Source: Escherichia phage vB_EcoM_Goslar
Reading direction: 5' to 3' (one strand)
Sequence record: NC_048170.1
DNA length: 64,000 nt
The translations under genes were made by a program, and so were the position numbers. Below are positions 1 through 9,663 of the stretch, piece after piece. How positions within the stretch are numbered: the first letter of the stretch is position 1; every line of letters begins with the position of its first letter. A model generated the notes under the pieces. That model was not told the DNA's origin and did not search any database. It saw nothing but the letters and a program-made list of their open reading frames with translations.

Positions 1-1877
1 GCCCAGTCTTCCCACAGTTCTTCACTACCACTTACTAAACTCGAACCAAGACGGACGGCAATTTTGTTTAGTGGTTTGATTGGATCACTGTTGATTGTCT
101 GGATAAAATGGATGGTGTAACTGCTCAATGTCTTAAGCAGCTGCAGCATTCCGTATTGAATATCCTTAAGACTGGTGACATCTTCCAAATCTTGACCGGT
201 GGCCTTTGTGAAGATATCGAGAGCCAGAATTCCCGCCTCTTCTTGACTGATTGCGTCAAGCTCCCAATCCATCGCTAAGAACCATTCCTTGTAAAGCTGC
301 CCAATACCGAAGTCGACACCAACATCCATGTAAAAGTTTTCAACGATGGCTTCAGCCATACCTCGAGCTTGATAATGCTCTTGGAGCTGGTACATGAACT
401 GATGACGACGCCAGCCCTGGTAGATCTCGGTAACGGCGGTCAGAAACTCTTCAGTACTGACGACAGCACGCAGCGTCACTTGTTTATCCAAACACCACCA
501 GATCAGTTTATCGGGAATGATAGCAGGATCGGTAATGCTACGGAGATGGTCGAATGTCGGTAGCGTTAACACCCTGACATGGTTAGCATGGATCTTAGGT
601 ACTTCAATCAGCGTCATGCCCATCGAATAGTTCAGCAAATACAAGAACAGCTTGTATGCATCTTTCATCGACATCGTCATGGTATCACCCGTCACCGGGT
701 TGGTTGTCGTTAACCGTGACTGATACATGCCTATTGCGCTAAGATGAATCCATTCATTCAGCAGGAAATCATACTTAGGATACAATTCACTGTCTGTAAG
801 GTCTTCGGCTTCACTTTCCAACACCTTGGTCGTTAAGGTATTGTTGTCGTGCATCGACATCTTCTCTATCGTGCGGTTAAGCTCGGTATAATACTCCGCT
901 TCGTTATCCCGCGCTAAAGGGAACTGTTGCTGCATCACGGTGGTGACCTTACGTCTTACCGTGCCATTACCGACGATCTCTTGAAGGTTAAGCGGTTTAC
1001 GCTCCATGTAAACTGCGGGTTTTAACGTTTGGGGTATCTCGGAAGCGTCTTGTTTGATCGAGAACGCACCGATTGGAATCCCACGATCGGTTAATACCTT
1101 TTGAATGAGCTTATCGTAGTTTTCCGTCCTACCCATGTTTCGTTCAACGTAAGCGATGTTACGATAGAACCAGAGCATTTGGGATTCGGTCATGTATCGC
1201 TTGAATCGATCGAGACCTTGATGGCTTGCCAGATAACTCCAGATATGGAAGCTATGGGCATAATGGGTATGACAGTTTTCCCAACGAATACCTTTTATCA
1301 TCTCAGGTATTTGTGTGAATAGAATGGCGTATAGCGCAGGCCAATGAAGCATATCGACGCTCTCATATGCCGGATGTTCCCAGCGTCTGAAGTAATCGTC
1401 GATTTCTTGCTGTAAACGTGGAATAAGATTGGCCTCGCGTGACTCAACCTCTTGTGTATCGTACCAGAGAATCTCGTGATTGCGGGCTGCAATTGCTTTC
1501 TCGATATCGATGGGGTTAAGGATACCCAAGATCAACATACGTTGTTCCGGGTACCGCGCAATTAAACGATTGAAATAATCTCCACCATACGCGTATTCCC
1601 TTGCCGTCATGCGATGCCGTAACATGTTTTCCTTGGTGAACTCGATCTCTTCGAGCGTATCCAGGGAATTTACGGTCATCATTGTCTGACAAGGATGATA
1701 CTCGCCAGCGAGATTCATGTAGTATAACCACGTGCGTGGGTCGTCCCCGACGGCCATCTGGTAGACTTCGGAAACCTTGAGGTTTAACCGTTCTGCCGTG
1801 ATGTCGCTTTTAATAATCAGGGTGTCCGTTAGACGCTGCACGCTTTCCGAATAAAGCTGATAGTCAGTGTTGGACAC
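1..1877 (-). CDS. hypothetical protein, 3' end beyond window start (>=625 codons in window)
   Basis: Hand translation of minus strand gives an uninterrupted protein-like frame from GTG at 1877..1875 (GGAGG 7 nt upstream) to position 1; missing from ORF track because there is no stop codon inside the window. Confidence 0.6.
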   Translation of the reverse strand, partial: MSNTDYQLYSESVQRLTDTLIIKSDITAERLNLKVSEVYQMAVGDDPRTWLYYMNLAGEYHPCQTMMTVNSLDTLEEIEFTKENMLRHRMTAREYAYGGDYFNRLIARYPEQRMLILGILNPIDIEKAIAARNHEILWYDTQEVESREANLIPRLQQEIDDYFRRWEHPAYESVDMLHWPALYAILFTQIPEMIKGIRWENCHTHYAHSFHIWSYLASHQGLDRFKRYMTESQMLWFYRNIAYVERNMGRTENYDKLIQKVLTDRGIPIGAFSIKQDASEIPQTLKPAVYMERKPLNLQEIVGNGTVRRKVTTVMQQQFPLARDNEAEYYTELNRTIEKMSMHDNNTLTTKVLESEAEDLTDSELYPKYDFLLNEWIHLSAIGMYQSRLTTTNPVTGDTMTMSMKDAYKLFLYLLNYSMGMTLIEVPKIHANHVRVLTLPTFDHLRSITDPAIIPDKLIWWCLDKQVTLRAVVSTEEFLTAVTEIYQGWRRHQFMYQLQEHYQARGMAEAIVENFYMDVGVDFGIGQLYKEWFLAMDWELDAISQEEAGILALDIFTKATGQDLEDVTSLKDIQYGMLQLLKTLSSYTIHFIQTINSDPIKPLNKIAVRLGSSLVSGSEELWEDW

Positions 1878-1904
1878 GATCGGTCCTCCAAGGAGCCAGT
1901 GTAA

Positions 1905-4814
1905 ATGAACGATATAAATAAAGGGCGCGTCGCCCTCGAACGTCAAATGAGCAATAATGACGTTGCGAAGGCACTCATGAACAAATTTGTCGCTCCTGCT
2001 CCGCAGTCACGTCTTTATAACACACGTGATGCGGAAGGAGCGAACGGTCGTTTCGGGTTAGTTGTTCCCGACCAAATGACGATGAACACGGTTACGCGTG
2101 CGACCGCGACAAACATCGAGGATAATAAAAACATCCTCGAGTTGTTCCCTGAACTTAAACGCGTGATGCAGATCTATGTTGCCGCGTTGACGAACCCTAA
2201 CGATCTTAAGACGGTCGAGATGTTTATCGACAGCGAAGATTTCCCCGGCAGAGTCGCAGAAATCGTTCAGCCGATGATCGATACCATCGACACGCATTTT
2301 AAGAATATCTATAAAATAAAGACGCTTATCCCTCGTATCATCGAAGACGTCTTCTTTATCAAGGGCAGTTATAACTTCGTTGTTCTGCCAGAAAGCACGC
2401 TCGACCGCGCCATTAATGGTAACGGTCAACTGAAACTTGAAGAATACGGTTTTAAAGACAACCATTTTGCAAGCTGGGGACTTTTAGGTAACGACAGTCG
2501 CAAACGCCACGAAAATCAATTACCTGCGACGGTTTCGATGGAAGATTATTTCTCAGGCGTTAATGAAACCATACCGTACGATCCTGTTGTTCGCATAGAC
2601 AGCATTAAATTTACCAATACCCTGCTTCGTGATAAGGACGGTAAATTCATTGAAGCGAAGATCGATATTCCGGATATGGTTACGGTTGTCGATAACCCGG
2701 ATATCCTCCGCATGCCTATTCTGCATCAACGTCGAGCAGCGACAGCAGTGCAGCGTGCGTTACGTGCAAACACGTTAGGAGGTAGTGGTTTGGTAACGCT
2801 GTCAGGTGATCCGACCCTAACCGCTAACCGACGTGAGCTGACGCAAGAGCAGGTTAACGAGATCTGGAATAAACTCAACATCCAGCGTCACACCAAGGTA
2901 TCTCCCGTTTACGCGTTGGCAACCCCAGATACACTCGATCGTCAAAGCGTCGGTCATCCTGGTGTGATGCACGTACCACCTGAGGCATTAGAACCTGTAC
3001 ATGCGCCGGGTGATCCGGAGAACCATATCGGATATTTGGTTCAGTTGGATGAGTTTGGTTATCCGGTGCGTTTGGTTGAAGATGCTGCGTATTACAAGCA
3101 GTTGGAAGGTCGGTTGTCGAAGATCACTGCAGATATCGCGGGCACGTCAAGCAACGGCATGGCGAGCGAGATGATTGGTGCAGCCAAGAACATGATCCAA
3201 GGTACGTCATGTAATCAGGTAGACATGTCGGCCTTCGTATCGTCGTACGAATCGCTGATGCAACGTTACATTGTCGAACGTATCGTTAACGGTTATCTTG
3301 GCAGTGCGGTGGAGATCGGTGCGACATCATCGTTTTATCTGTCGATGCTTGCCCGTAGCCTCGCTCACAAGCAGACCCGTGTTTTGTTTATTCCTCGAGA
3401 GATGGTGACTTACATCGCCTATGAATACAACAAATACGGTATCGGTCGTTCGCTGCTTGAAAGTACGAAGATGATCTCGTCGCAACGAGCCATGCTCATG
3501 GTTCAAGAACTGATGGCAAAAATCAAAAGTTCGTTGAACTATACGACGCTAAGCGTAATGCTTGAAGACACCGACAGAAACCCGGTCGATACCGTCGAAC
3601 AAGCACTGCATAGTTTCGCTCGTGTCTACCAGTCTGGTTTCCCGTTGGGTGAAACTAACCCGATGGATATCATCAACGCGTATGAACGAAGCTCGATTCG
3701 ATTGAAGGTTGAGGGGAATAACCCACGCTTCCCGAAATTGAATACAGACGTCAGTGTTGAGCAGCGTAACTATCAGTCTCCTGATAATGAGCTGATGGAT
3801 CGTTACCGTCGTGACCATTTCATGGGCTTGGGTGTGTCTCCGGAGATTATCGATACTTCCTACCAATCTGAATTCGCAGCTTCTGTGATTACAGCTAACG
3901 CGATGCAAGAGAAACAGTTCACGGTTTGTCGTGAGGTGATCACGAATGGATTATCGGACCACATCAAGAAATATACGGCATACAGTCCCGTGTTGTTGAC
4001 GTCGTTACGAAACACGGTTCGTGCGAACATGTCTAAGCTTTCCCAGGCACAATTGAAGCAGCTTTTTGGTAGCGATTTCGAAAACGGTGTTATCCGTAAC
4101 GTTAACGCCTATCAGGAGATTGACGACCAATCAGCAACAATGGATCTGGATTACACTAAACCAGAAGTCCAGGAAGTTATTGCCGATGCTTATGTGTCCA
4201 TGTTCTTAAACAGCCTGCGTGTGCGTTTACCGGATAGCAATGCTCGTCGCCTTGAAGATCAGGTACGTGAATATAATCAGTACAAGGAAGCGATTACTGC
4301 GCAACTTGATGATTATTTAACGCCTGATTACGTCATGGGTCTGGGTGGGGTTGATGAAACAACGCTGCAGATGATCCGCGCATGCATTATTGGTACCGCG
4401 ATGCGTACGTGGGCAAAAGAGAACAACTTCAATCAGGAGCTGGCTGATCTCTTCAGTCTTGACGATAAGAAGAATGCCGTGCAAGATTGGAAACGTATGT
4501 CCATGGAACATATTGAAGTCATGGGTAAATGCATGGGTGATTTTGCATTGTATATTCAGAATCTGACGAAGAAGATTGAAGAGAAGATGGGAGCTCAAGC
4601 ACAGGACGGTAGCGTTTCATCTGATGGTTCGTGGTCATCCGATTCAAGTAGCGATACCGGTTCTTCTGATGACTTCGGTGGCGGTGACGATTTCGGAGAT
4701 ACCGATTTCGATACCGAAACGATGGAGGAAACCTCAACAGAAGAAACAACCACATCTGAGGAAACGACTACCGACACAACGTCAGAAGACGACACTTCAG
4801 GTGGCGTTGTCTAA
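1905..4814 (+). CDS. large hypothetical virion-associated protein (969 aa) with Ser/Asp/Thr/Glu-rich C-terminal tail
   Basis: ORF track; ATG with AAGGAG 9 nt upstream; followed by hairpin 4846..4880; portal-like size but no motif support. Confidence 0.8.
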   Translation: MNDINKGRVALERQMSNNDVAKALMNKFVAPAPQSRLYNTRDAEGANGRFGLVVPDQMTMNTVTRATATNIEDNKNILELFPELKRVMQIYVAALTNPNDLKTVEMFIDSEDFPGRVAEIVQPMIDTIDTHFKNIYKIKTLIPRIIEDVFFIKGSYNFVVLPESTLDRAINGNGQLKLEEYGFKDNHFASWGLLGNDSRKRHENQLPATVSMEDYFSGVNETIPYDPVVRIDSIKFTNTLLRDKDGKFIEAKIDIPDMVTVVDNPDILRMPILHQRRAATAVQRALRANTLGGSGLVTLSGDPTLTANRRELTQEQVNEIWNKLNIQRHTKVSPVYALATPDTLDRQSVGHPGVMHVPPEALEPVHAPGDPENHIGYLVQLDEFGYPVRLVEDAAYYKQLEGRLSKITADIAGTSSNGMASEMIGAAKNMIQGTSCNQVDMSAFVSSYESLMQRYIVERIVNGYLGSAVEIGATSSFYLSMLARSLAHKQTRVLFIPREMVTYIAYEYNKYGIGRSLLESTKMISSQRAMLMVQELMAKIKSSLNYTTLSVMLEDTDRNPVDTVEQALHSFARVYQSGFPLGETNPMDIINAYERSSIRLKVEGNNPRFPKLNTDVSVEQRNYQSPDNELMDRYRRDHFMGLGVSPEIIDTSYQSEFAASVITANAMQEKQFTVCREVITNGLSDHIKKYTAYSPVLLTSLRNTVRANMSKLSQAQLKQLFGSDFENGVIRNVNAYQEIDDQSATMDLDYTKPEVQEVIADAYVSMFLNSLRVRLPDSNARRLEDQVREYNQYKEAITAQLDDYLTPDYVMGLGGVDETTLQMIRACIIGTAMRTWAKENNFNQELADLFSLDDKKNAVQDWKRMSMEHIEVMGKCMGDFALYIQNLTKKIEEKMGAQAQDGSVSSDGSWSSDSSSDTGSSDDFGGGDDFGDTDFDTETMEETSTEETTTSEETTTDTTSEDDTSGGVV

Positions 4815-4845
4815 ACGGATATAAAAAAAAATAACACATAGTTAA

Positions 4846-4880
4846 CCTTCTCCCCAACCCGATGAGGGAAGGGGAGAAGG
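4846..4880. terminator. GC-rich hairpin, bidirectional terminator candidate (ccttctcccc/ggggagaagg)
   Basis: Perfect 10-bp stem between convergent genes; A9 run at 4822..4830 gives a T-run after the hairpin on the minus strand. Confidence 0.6.
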
Positions 4881-4897
4881 GCTATGCGCTATTTAAT

Positions 4898-5173
4898 TTA
4901 TTTCGAGGTTAACCACGATTCAATTGTGGTGAGTTTGCTTCTCAGTACGCGCCAACTAGGGTGTGGTGGGATCACAGCGCCATTGTCGATTACGGTTAGC
5001 TGAACCTGGTACTTCTGTTGCATACGTGCTACCGTGTCGCTTATCGAGAGGAAAAGCTGGTAACGTTCATATGCCGTCAGTTCACTGTCCTGTTGAACTG
5101 CGTTGGCTGCTAACGTAATTTCGCGTAAGTCCTTTGCATCCACAGAGACGGTAATGAGTTTATATTGACTCAT
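4898..5173 (-). CDS. hypothetical protein (91 aa)
   Basis: ORF track; ATG with AAGGAAAC upstream. Confidence 0.55.
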   Translation of the reverse strand: MSQYKLITVSVDAKDLREITLAANAVQQDSELTAYERYQLFLSISDTVARMQQKYQVQLTVIDNGAVIPPHPSWRVLRSKLTTIESWLTSK

Positions 5174-5234
5174 ACGGTTTCCTTATCAACTGGGGTATTG
5201 CAAATACAATACCCGTCGTCGGACGATAAGTTAA

Positions 5235-7793
5235 TTACTGCTCTTCACGTTCCAGCAGATACTCGGAAGCGGTAATACCGTTTACCGTACGTACTGCTTT
5301 CAGACGAGTATCATCACTCAGAATCACGGTAACAGATTGCAGACCTTTTACTTTGGTTTCGAAGGTCTTGAACACCTGATCCAGCATACGAGCAATGCTT
5401 GGGTTGGTTGCAGCCGATGCGTGGGTGTAACCGCTTTGGTTCAGCTTCAGAATCTTGGCGTTGGTCGGTACGCGAACAACAACATGCGGACGCATCGCGA
5501 ATACGCTGTGATTGAACCAGTAAGCGTCGTTACTATCTTCGTCGGTAACGATGTCTGGATTAACACGCATATCCTCGACAGCCGCATCCGCCAAACGACG
5601 TTCGATTTCATCGGCGTCCAGAGAGCCATCTTTCTCCAGTTCTGCACGATACTCACTCATGGCAACCAGATGACGTTCACGATTCGCTGCGGATTTTTCG
5701 TGAGCGGCTTTCAGGTAGTCATGCATGTTGTACAGTTCTGCCATGGAAAGACGAATGTTCCACTGACCTTCGCCATCGCGATTGCAGTAGAGACACTTCA
5801 GCATGTTGACCCAGGTATAGTAGCAATTGGCGAATTCATCTTCAATGAACTTCTGGTCCATTTTAAGATCGTGAATCAGCCAACCGGACAGTTCTCCGAT
5901 ATCATCAACGAAGCTAGAGATGGTGGTTTCAGAGAAGTTCTTCGGTACGATACGTTTGATCAGCTTATTGACGTCTTTGGTCATGCTATCGTTCAGGAAA
6001 TGCCAGATACGCAGAGGAATGACATCTCGATACTGTTGCATGATCTGACGATAAGCTTTGATATCGTCGCTACGACCTTTATCAATAGACAACGCATCCA
6101 GGAATTCATGGATTGCATCCAGCTCTTTGTCGGTATAGGTTCCCAGATAGGAATTGACGGTGGCCAGGAATGCTAATGCGTCGTTTTGGTTGACGTCGGT
6201 GTTGGTCTGCTGAATGATCGCCACTGCAGCTTTAGTTTCAGCATCCTCAACGCTTGACGCTGCGATCGCGTCGGTGACGGTAAACAGTTTCATTTCGCGC
6301 TGCTCACCGACAACGATTGGCTCACGCTGAACCGGCTTGTTAAGACTAACGCGAACAACTTCTGCTTGCGCGATACGATCCAGTTTTGCCATTTCCTGCT
6401 CTGCCATACGACGAGCGGTTGGATCTGATTCAAGTTCGATGTATTCCACTTCTTCCTCCGTGAGGGATGTAATGTCAACAATGGTTTCATGAAGAATTCC
6501 GTTTTCGTCGATACGTGCTCGACGAGCGAAGTGCCTGAAGTCATACAACGTCGGCCAACGACTATTAGGTGCAAAGTCTTTGGCTTTCAGACGCATCTGC
6601 ATAAATTCTTCATGTTGAACAACACGACCGTAACGCTTAGCATCTTCGGTCGCATCAATTGGATTAACGGTCTTTGTTGCCGTAGCGGAACGAGCCGTAC
6701 GAACCGGTTCCGGTTTCACCTGCGCCGGTTCAGGTTGAACGGGTTTCTGCTGTCCAGCCTTAACATGCCATTCTGGCTCTTCGTACTGTTCAGCAAATTG
6801 CTCAGCCGCTGCAAAGATATCGTTGATACCACCAATATCTCCTTCAGGATTTGTCGAGTAAATCCGTGGTTGCGGTGCCTCGTAACGCGGCGCTGTAGCA
6901 GCAGGTGCCTCATCAACGATAGGATCATCATCACCGACATCATACAAACGGTTGAACGCACAATCCTTCGAATCAATGTACGATGGTGTTTGTGGTTGGA
7001 CAACCGTAGGCCGAGGTTGTGTGCCGTATCCTGGTGTTGTTGGAGCCATACCACGCATAACTGCTGGGTTAGGTTGGTATTGTGGTTGTGGGTAGGTTCC
7101 ACCATACATGGCGTACGCAGGCTGTTGTGGTTGACCATACCCGTTGCTAACCATCGCACTTGCTTGCGGCCCACGATAAGTCATCCCCATCTGCATCACC
7201 TGCTGCTTCAAACCACGTGACTTCTGCGCGATTTGCGCTAGGCTTCCGCTTTTATTCAGCTGCGTGTACTTATTCGCGGCTTCCGGGTTAATGCGTGATA
7301 ATTCAATCGCGCGATAATATTCCGGGTACTGATTCGGTTCAAAGAGCCACGTTACAAGATGATACAGCGCAACTGTACTCACGGCAGCAGAGACGATCTG
7401 GTCGTCGGACGCGTTCTGTGGCATCGGGTTGATGTAAGAGAACACGTTCCAACAACAGTCTTCAACAAGCGATTCCATCATCATATCGTTATTGGTATAA
7501 CGTGCGACGAACTCGGTTTGTATTTTGTCTTGCTGAGCGAAGTCTTTCAGGACATTAAAGATGGCTTGACGGATTTTGACGATCGTCGCTTCTTGGGTGA
7601 TGAAGTTATAGTTCTGCTGATATGAGGGTTGTTGGTATTGTGGTGGTTGATAGGCGTTATTCGGGTATGCGCCGTACGGCGATTGCTGATACTGTTGCTG
7701 ACGAACCTGTTCAGCCGCATAATTAATCGTGCTCGTATAAGGGTTTTCGCTATAGCCCATTTGTTGATACATGTTGTTACTGCCATTATACAT
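5235..7793 (-). CDS. hypothetical protein (852 aa) with Q/Y/P-rich low-complexity N-terminus
   Basis: ORF track; ATG with AAAGGA upstream; N-terminal about 60 aa dominated by Q, Y, P, N; second QPQY-rich stretch mid-protein. Confidence 0.8.
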   Translation of the reverse strand: MYNGSNNMYQQMGYSENPYTSTINYAAEQVRQQQYQQSPYGAYPNNAYQPPQYQQPSYQQNYNFITQEATIVKIRQAIFNVLKDFAQQDKIQTEFVARYTNNDMMMESLVEDCCWNVFSYINPMPQNASDDQIVSAAVSTVALYHLVTWLFEPNQYPEYYRAIELSRINPEAANKYTQLNKSGSLAQIAQKSRGLKQQVMQMGMTYRGPQASAMVSNGYGQPQQPAYAMYGGTYPQPQYQPNPAVMRGMAPTTPGYGTQPRPTVVQPQTPSYIDSKDCAFNRLYDVGDDDPIVDEAPAATAPRYEAPQPRIYSTNPEGDIGGINDIFAAAEQFAEQYEEPEWHVKAGQQKPVQPEPAQVKPEPVRTARSATATKTVNPIDATEDAKRYGRVVQHEEFMQMRLKAKDFAPNSRWPTLYDFRHFARRARIDENGILHETIVDITSLTEEEVEYIELESDPTARRMAEQEMAKLDRIAQAEVVRVSLNKPVQREPIVVGEQREMKLFTVTDAIAASSVEDAETKAAVAIIQQTNTDVNQNDALAFLATVNSYLGTYTDKELDAIHEFLDALSIDKGRSDDIKAYRQIMQQYRDVIPLRIWHFLNDSMTKDVNKLIKRIVPKNFSETTISSFVDDIGELSGWLIHDLKMDQKFIEDEFANCYYTWVNMLKCLYCNRDGEGQWNIRLSMAELYNMHDYLKAAHEKSAANRERHLVAMSEYRAELEKDGSLDADEIERRLADAAVEDMRVNPDIVTDEDSNDAYWFNHSVFAMRPHVVVRVPTNAKILKLNQSGYTHASAATNPSIARMLDQVFKTFETKVKGLQSVTVILSDDTRLKAVRTVNGITASEYLLEREEQ

Positions 7794-7827
7794 TTCTTAC
7801 GATCCTTTTTATTTATTCGGTTATGTG

Positions 7828-9624
7828 TCAATCGATTATGTCGCGATCGTTAATTTCTACAATTTCTTCATCGAATCGACCGACGTCTTTCTTCAAGCCT
7901 GCATTGGTTGCTGCAACGTCATTTGCAATTTGTGGGGTAATGATTAACCGACCGCGCTCATCGATAGGTGCGTACATACTGAACTTCTGACGTCCGGTTG
8001 GTTCGGAGTGTGGAAGATTCAGATAGCTTGCACAGAACGGGATGGAACCACTAACCAAACGACTCTCGTCAGCCAATGCAGCACCGCCTGCGTTTTGGCT
8101 CTGGAGAACAACATGCGTGCTCACTTTGAACAGCATGCAATCACCAGGTGACTGAATCGATGTTGCCACTTTCTCACGTTTATCACGATTGCTCTGGATA
8201 TTGAGAATCGCTTCCGTTGCAACTTGATTTCGCAACGCCTTCTGTACATCGCGATTGGTCATCTCTTTACGGTTGTTCTGTCGTTTACCACGTTCTGTGG
8301 TTTTAAGATGGAACCCCAGTTTAAAGATGCTCTTACGCACATCCTCCATGACATATTCCAACACCATCAATTCCTTACCGAACATCGTCGTGGTATCAAC
8401 ACGACTCATTTCGATAGTGACATTGTCAATCAGATACGCCATAAATTCGTAGAAGTCGTCGCAAGGAATATTTTCCTGTTTGAACTTCTTCTGTTGAATC
8501 TCGTCAACGTAAAGATCGAGACTGTCGATGTGGTGGTTTACATCACGCAACAAACGCGCATCCGCATTGTTGTTATTAAAGATAATCAAACCGAGTAATG
8601 TACGCCAATGGTCTGGCGCATTCGCGAACTCCTCAACCGGATAGTCTTCCGGAAAACGATCGTAATAACGGTCGATGAGATACAAGAATGCACCGACAAG
8701 GCCAAGAACAATACGTTCCGTGCCTCCACGTCTTACAGCAATTTGAATATCAGGATGTTTGTAACGTACAGCGCTAGCGCTACGGCTTTTACCGCTTTTG
8801 CTGATACTAAAGCCTTTAGGAATAACCCCCATGGTGCGATAGATTACCCATTGGTCACGCGGAAAATCACGTTCAGCAAGGTTCCGTCCGGTTACGGCTT
8901 CGACACCTGCAAAACGTCGGAAACACTCACCCACCCCGTACTTCGCAAAGAGATAGTGACCCAGTGTGGTTACGCTGGTGTGGTTGATGTTGTCACCGTT
9001 CACTTTACTTTGTTTAGTAAGATGATAGATTTGCGACCAGGGTAATGACAGGTAATGACGATAATCGATACCGGTCGGTGTATCATTGCTCAGGAACTGA
9101 TACGGTGTACGTTTAACCGTGATTTTGTCACGCGGAAGCATGATGAACGCCATGTCTTTCGTGTAACTGATTACGGGGTCAGCGAGTACCGCACTGAGAA
9201 TGAAGTTCGCACCACGTAGACGCATTTTACCACCCTGACCTACCGCGGGCAATAGGAGAGGATGTCGGATAATGCAGTAGTCCTTTCCTGGTTCACGACG
9301 GTCACCTGATTCCATCGCGCCGTACCAGCGGAATTCCAGCATCACCATAAACACATCGGAAGGCGCAAGGTCGAAGGTCAGCTTACCGCTATCCTTCCCT
9401 TTGGTTTTCTTTCCTCCGCTTAAGTAGTGGAACTGTTCGCGGGCCATACAACGACGCAGGCCATGATACACCAGATCCTTAGGTAAACTATCTTTGCTGT
9501 TCCGCCAAAGACGATCAACATAGGACTCAACATCTTGCATCTTATCGACGACGATGTTGCGTGCTATCTTCTCGTTCATCTTCGGTGCAAGCTCAGCGAC
9601 AGCTTTGCAGAATCTAGGATCCAT
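7828..9624 (-). CDS. hypothetical protein (about 598 aa)
   Basis: ORF track frame; track start 9627 is GTG, adjacent ATG at 9624 has AAGGAG 6 nt upstream. Confidence 0.8.
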   Translation of the reverse strand: MDPRFCKAVAELAPKMNEKIARNIVVDKMQDVESYVDRLWRNSKDSLPKDLVYHGLRRCMAREQFHYLSGGKKTKGKDSGKLTFDLAPSDVFMVMLEFRWYGAMESGDRREPGKDYCIIRHPLLLPAVGQGGKMRLRGANFILSAVLADPVISYTKDMAFIMLPRDKITVKRTPYQFLSNDTPTGIDYRHYLSLPWSQIYHLTKQSKVNGDNINHTSVTTLGHYLFAKYGVGECFRRFAGVEAVTGRNLAERDFPRDQWVIYRTMGVIPKGFSISKSGKSRSASAVRYKHPDIQIAVRRGGTERIVLGLVGAFLYLIDRYYDRFPEDYPVEEFANAPDHWRTLLGLIIFNNNNADARLLRDVNHHIDSLDLYVDEIQQKKFKQENIPCDDFYEFMAYLIDNVTIEMSRVDTTTMFGKELMVLEYVMEDVRKSIFKLGFHLKTTERGKRQNNRKEMTNRDVQKALRNQVATEAILNIQSNRDKREKVATSIQSPGDCMLFKVSTHVVLQSQNAGGAALADESRLVSGSIPFCASYLNLPHSEPTGRQKFSMYAPIDERGRLIITPQIANDVAATNAGLKKDVGRFDEEIVEINDRDIID

Positions 9625-9663
9625 CACACACTCCTTTCAGAAAGTTGCTTAAGCAGATTAAAG

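Noticed and set aside
7828-9624. Walker A / P-loop ATPase in the 598-aa protein (GGKKTKGKDSGK); terminase or nucleus-shell protein assignment
   Set aside because: The Gly/Lys-rich stretch does not fit GxxxxGK[ST] and no Walker B motif was found. Size alone (about 600 aa) is not evidence for a chimallin-like shell protein.
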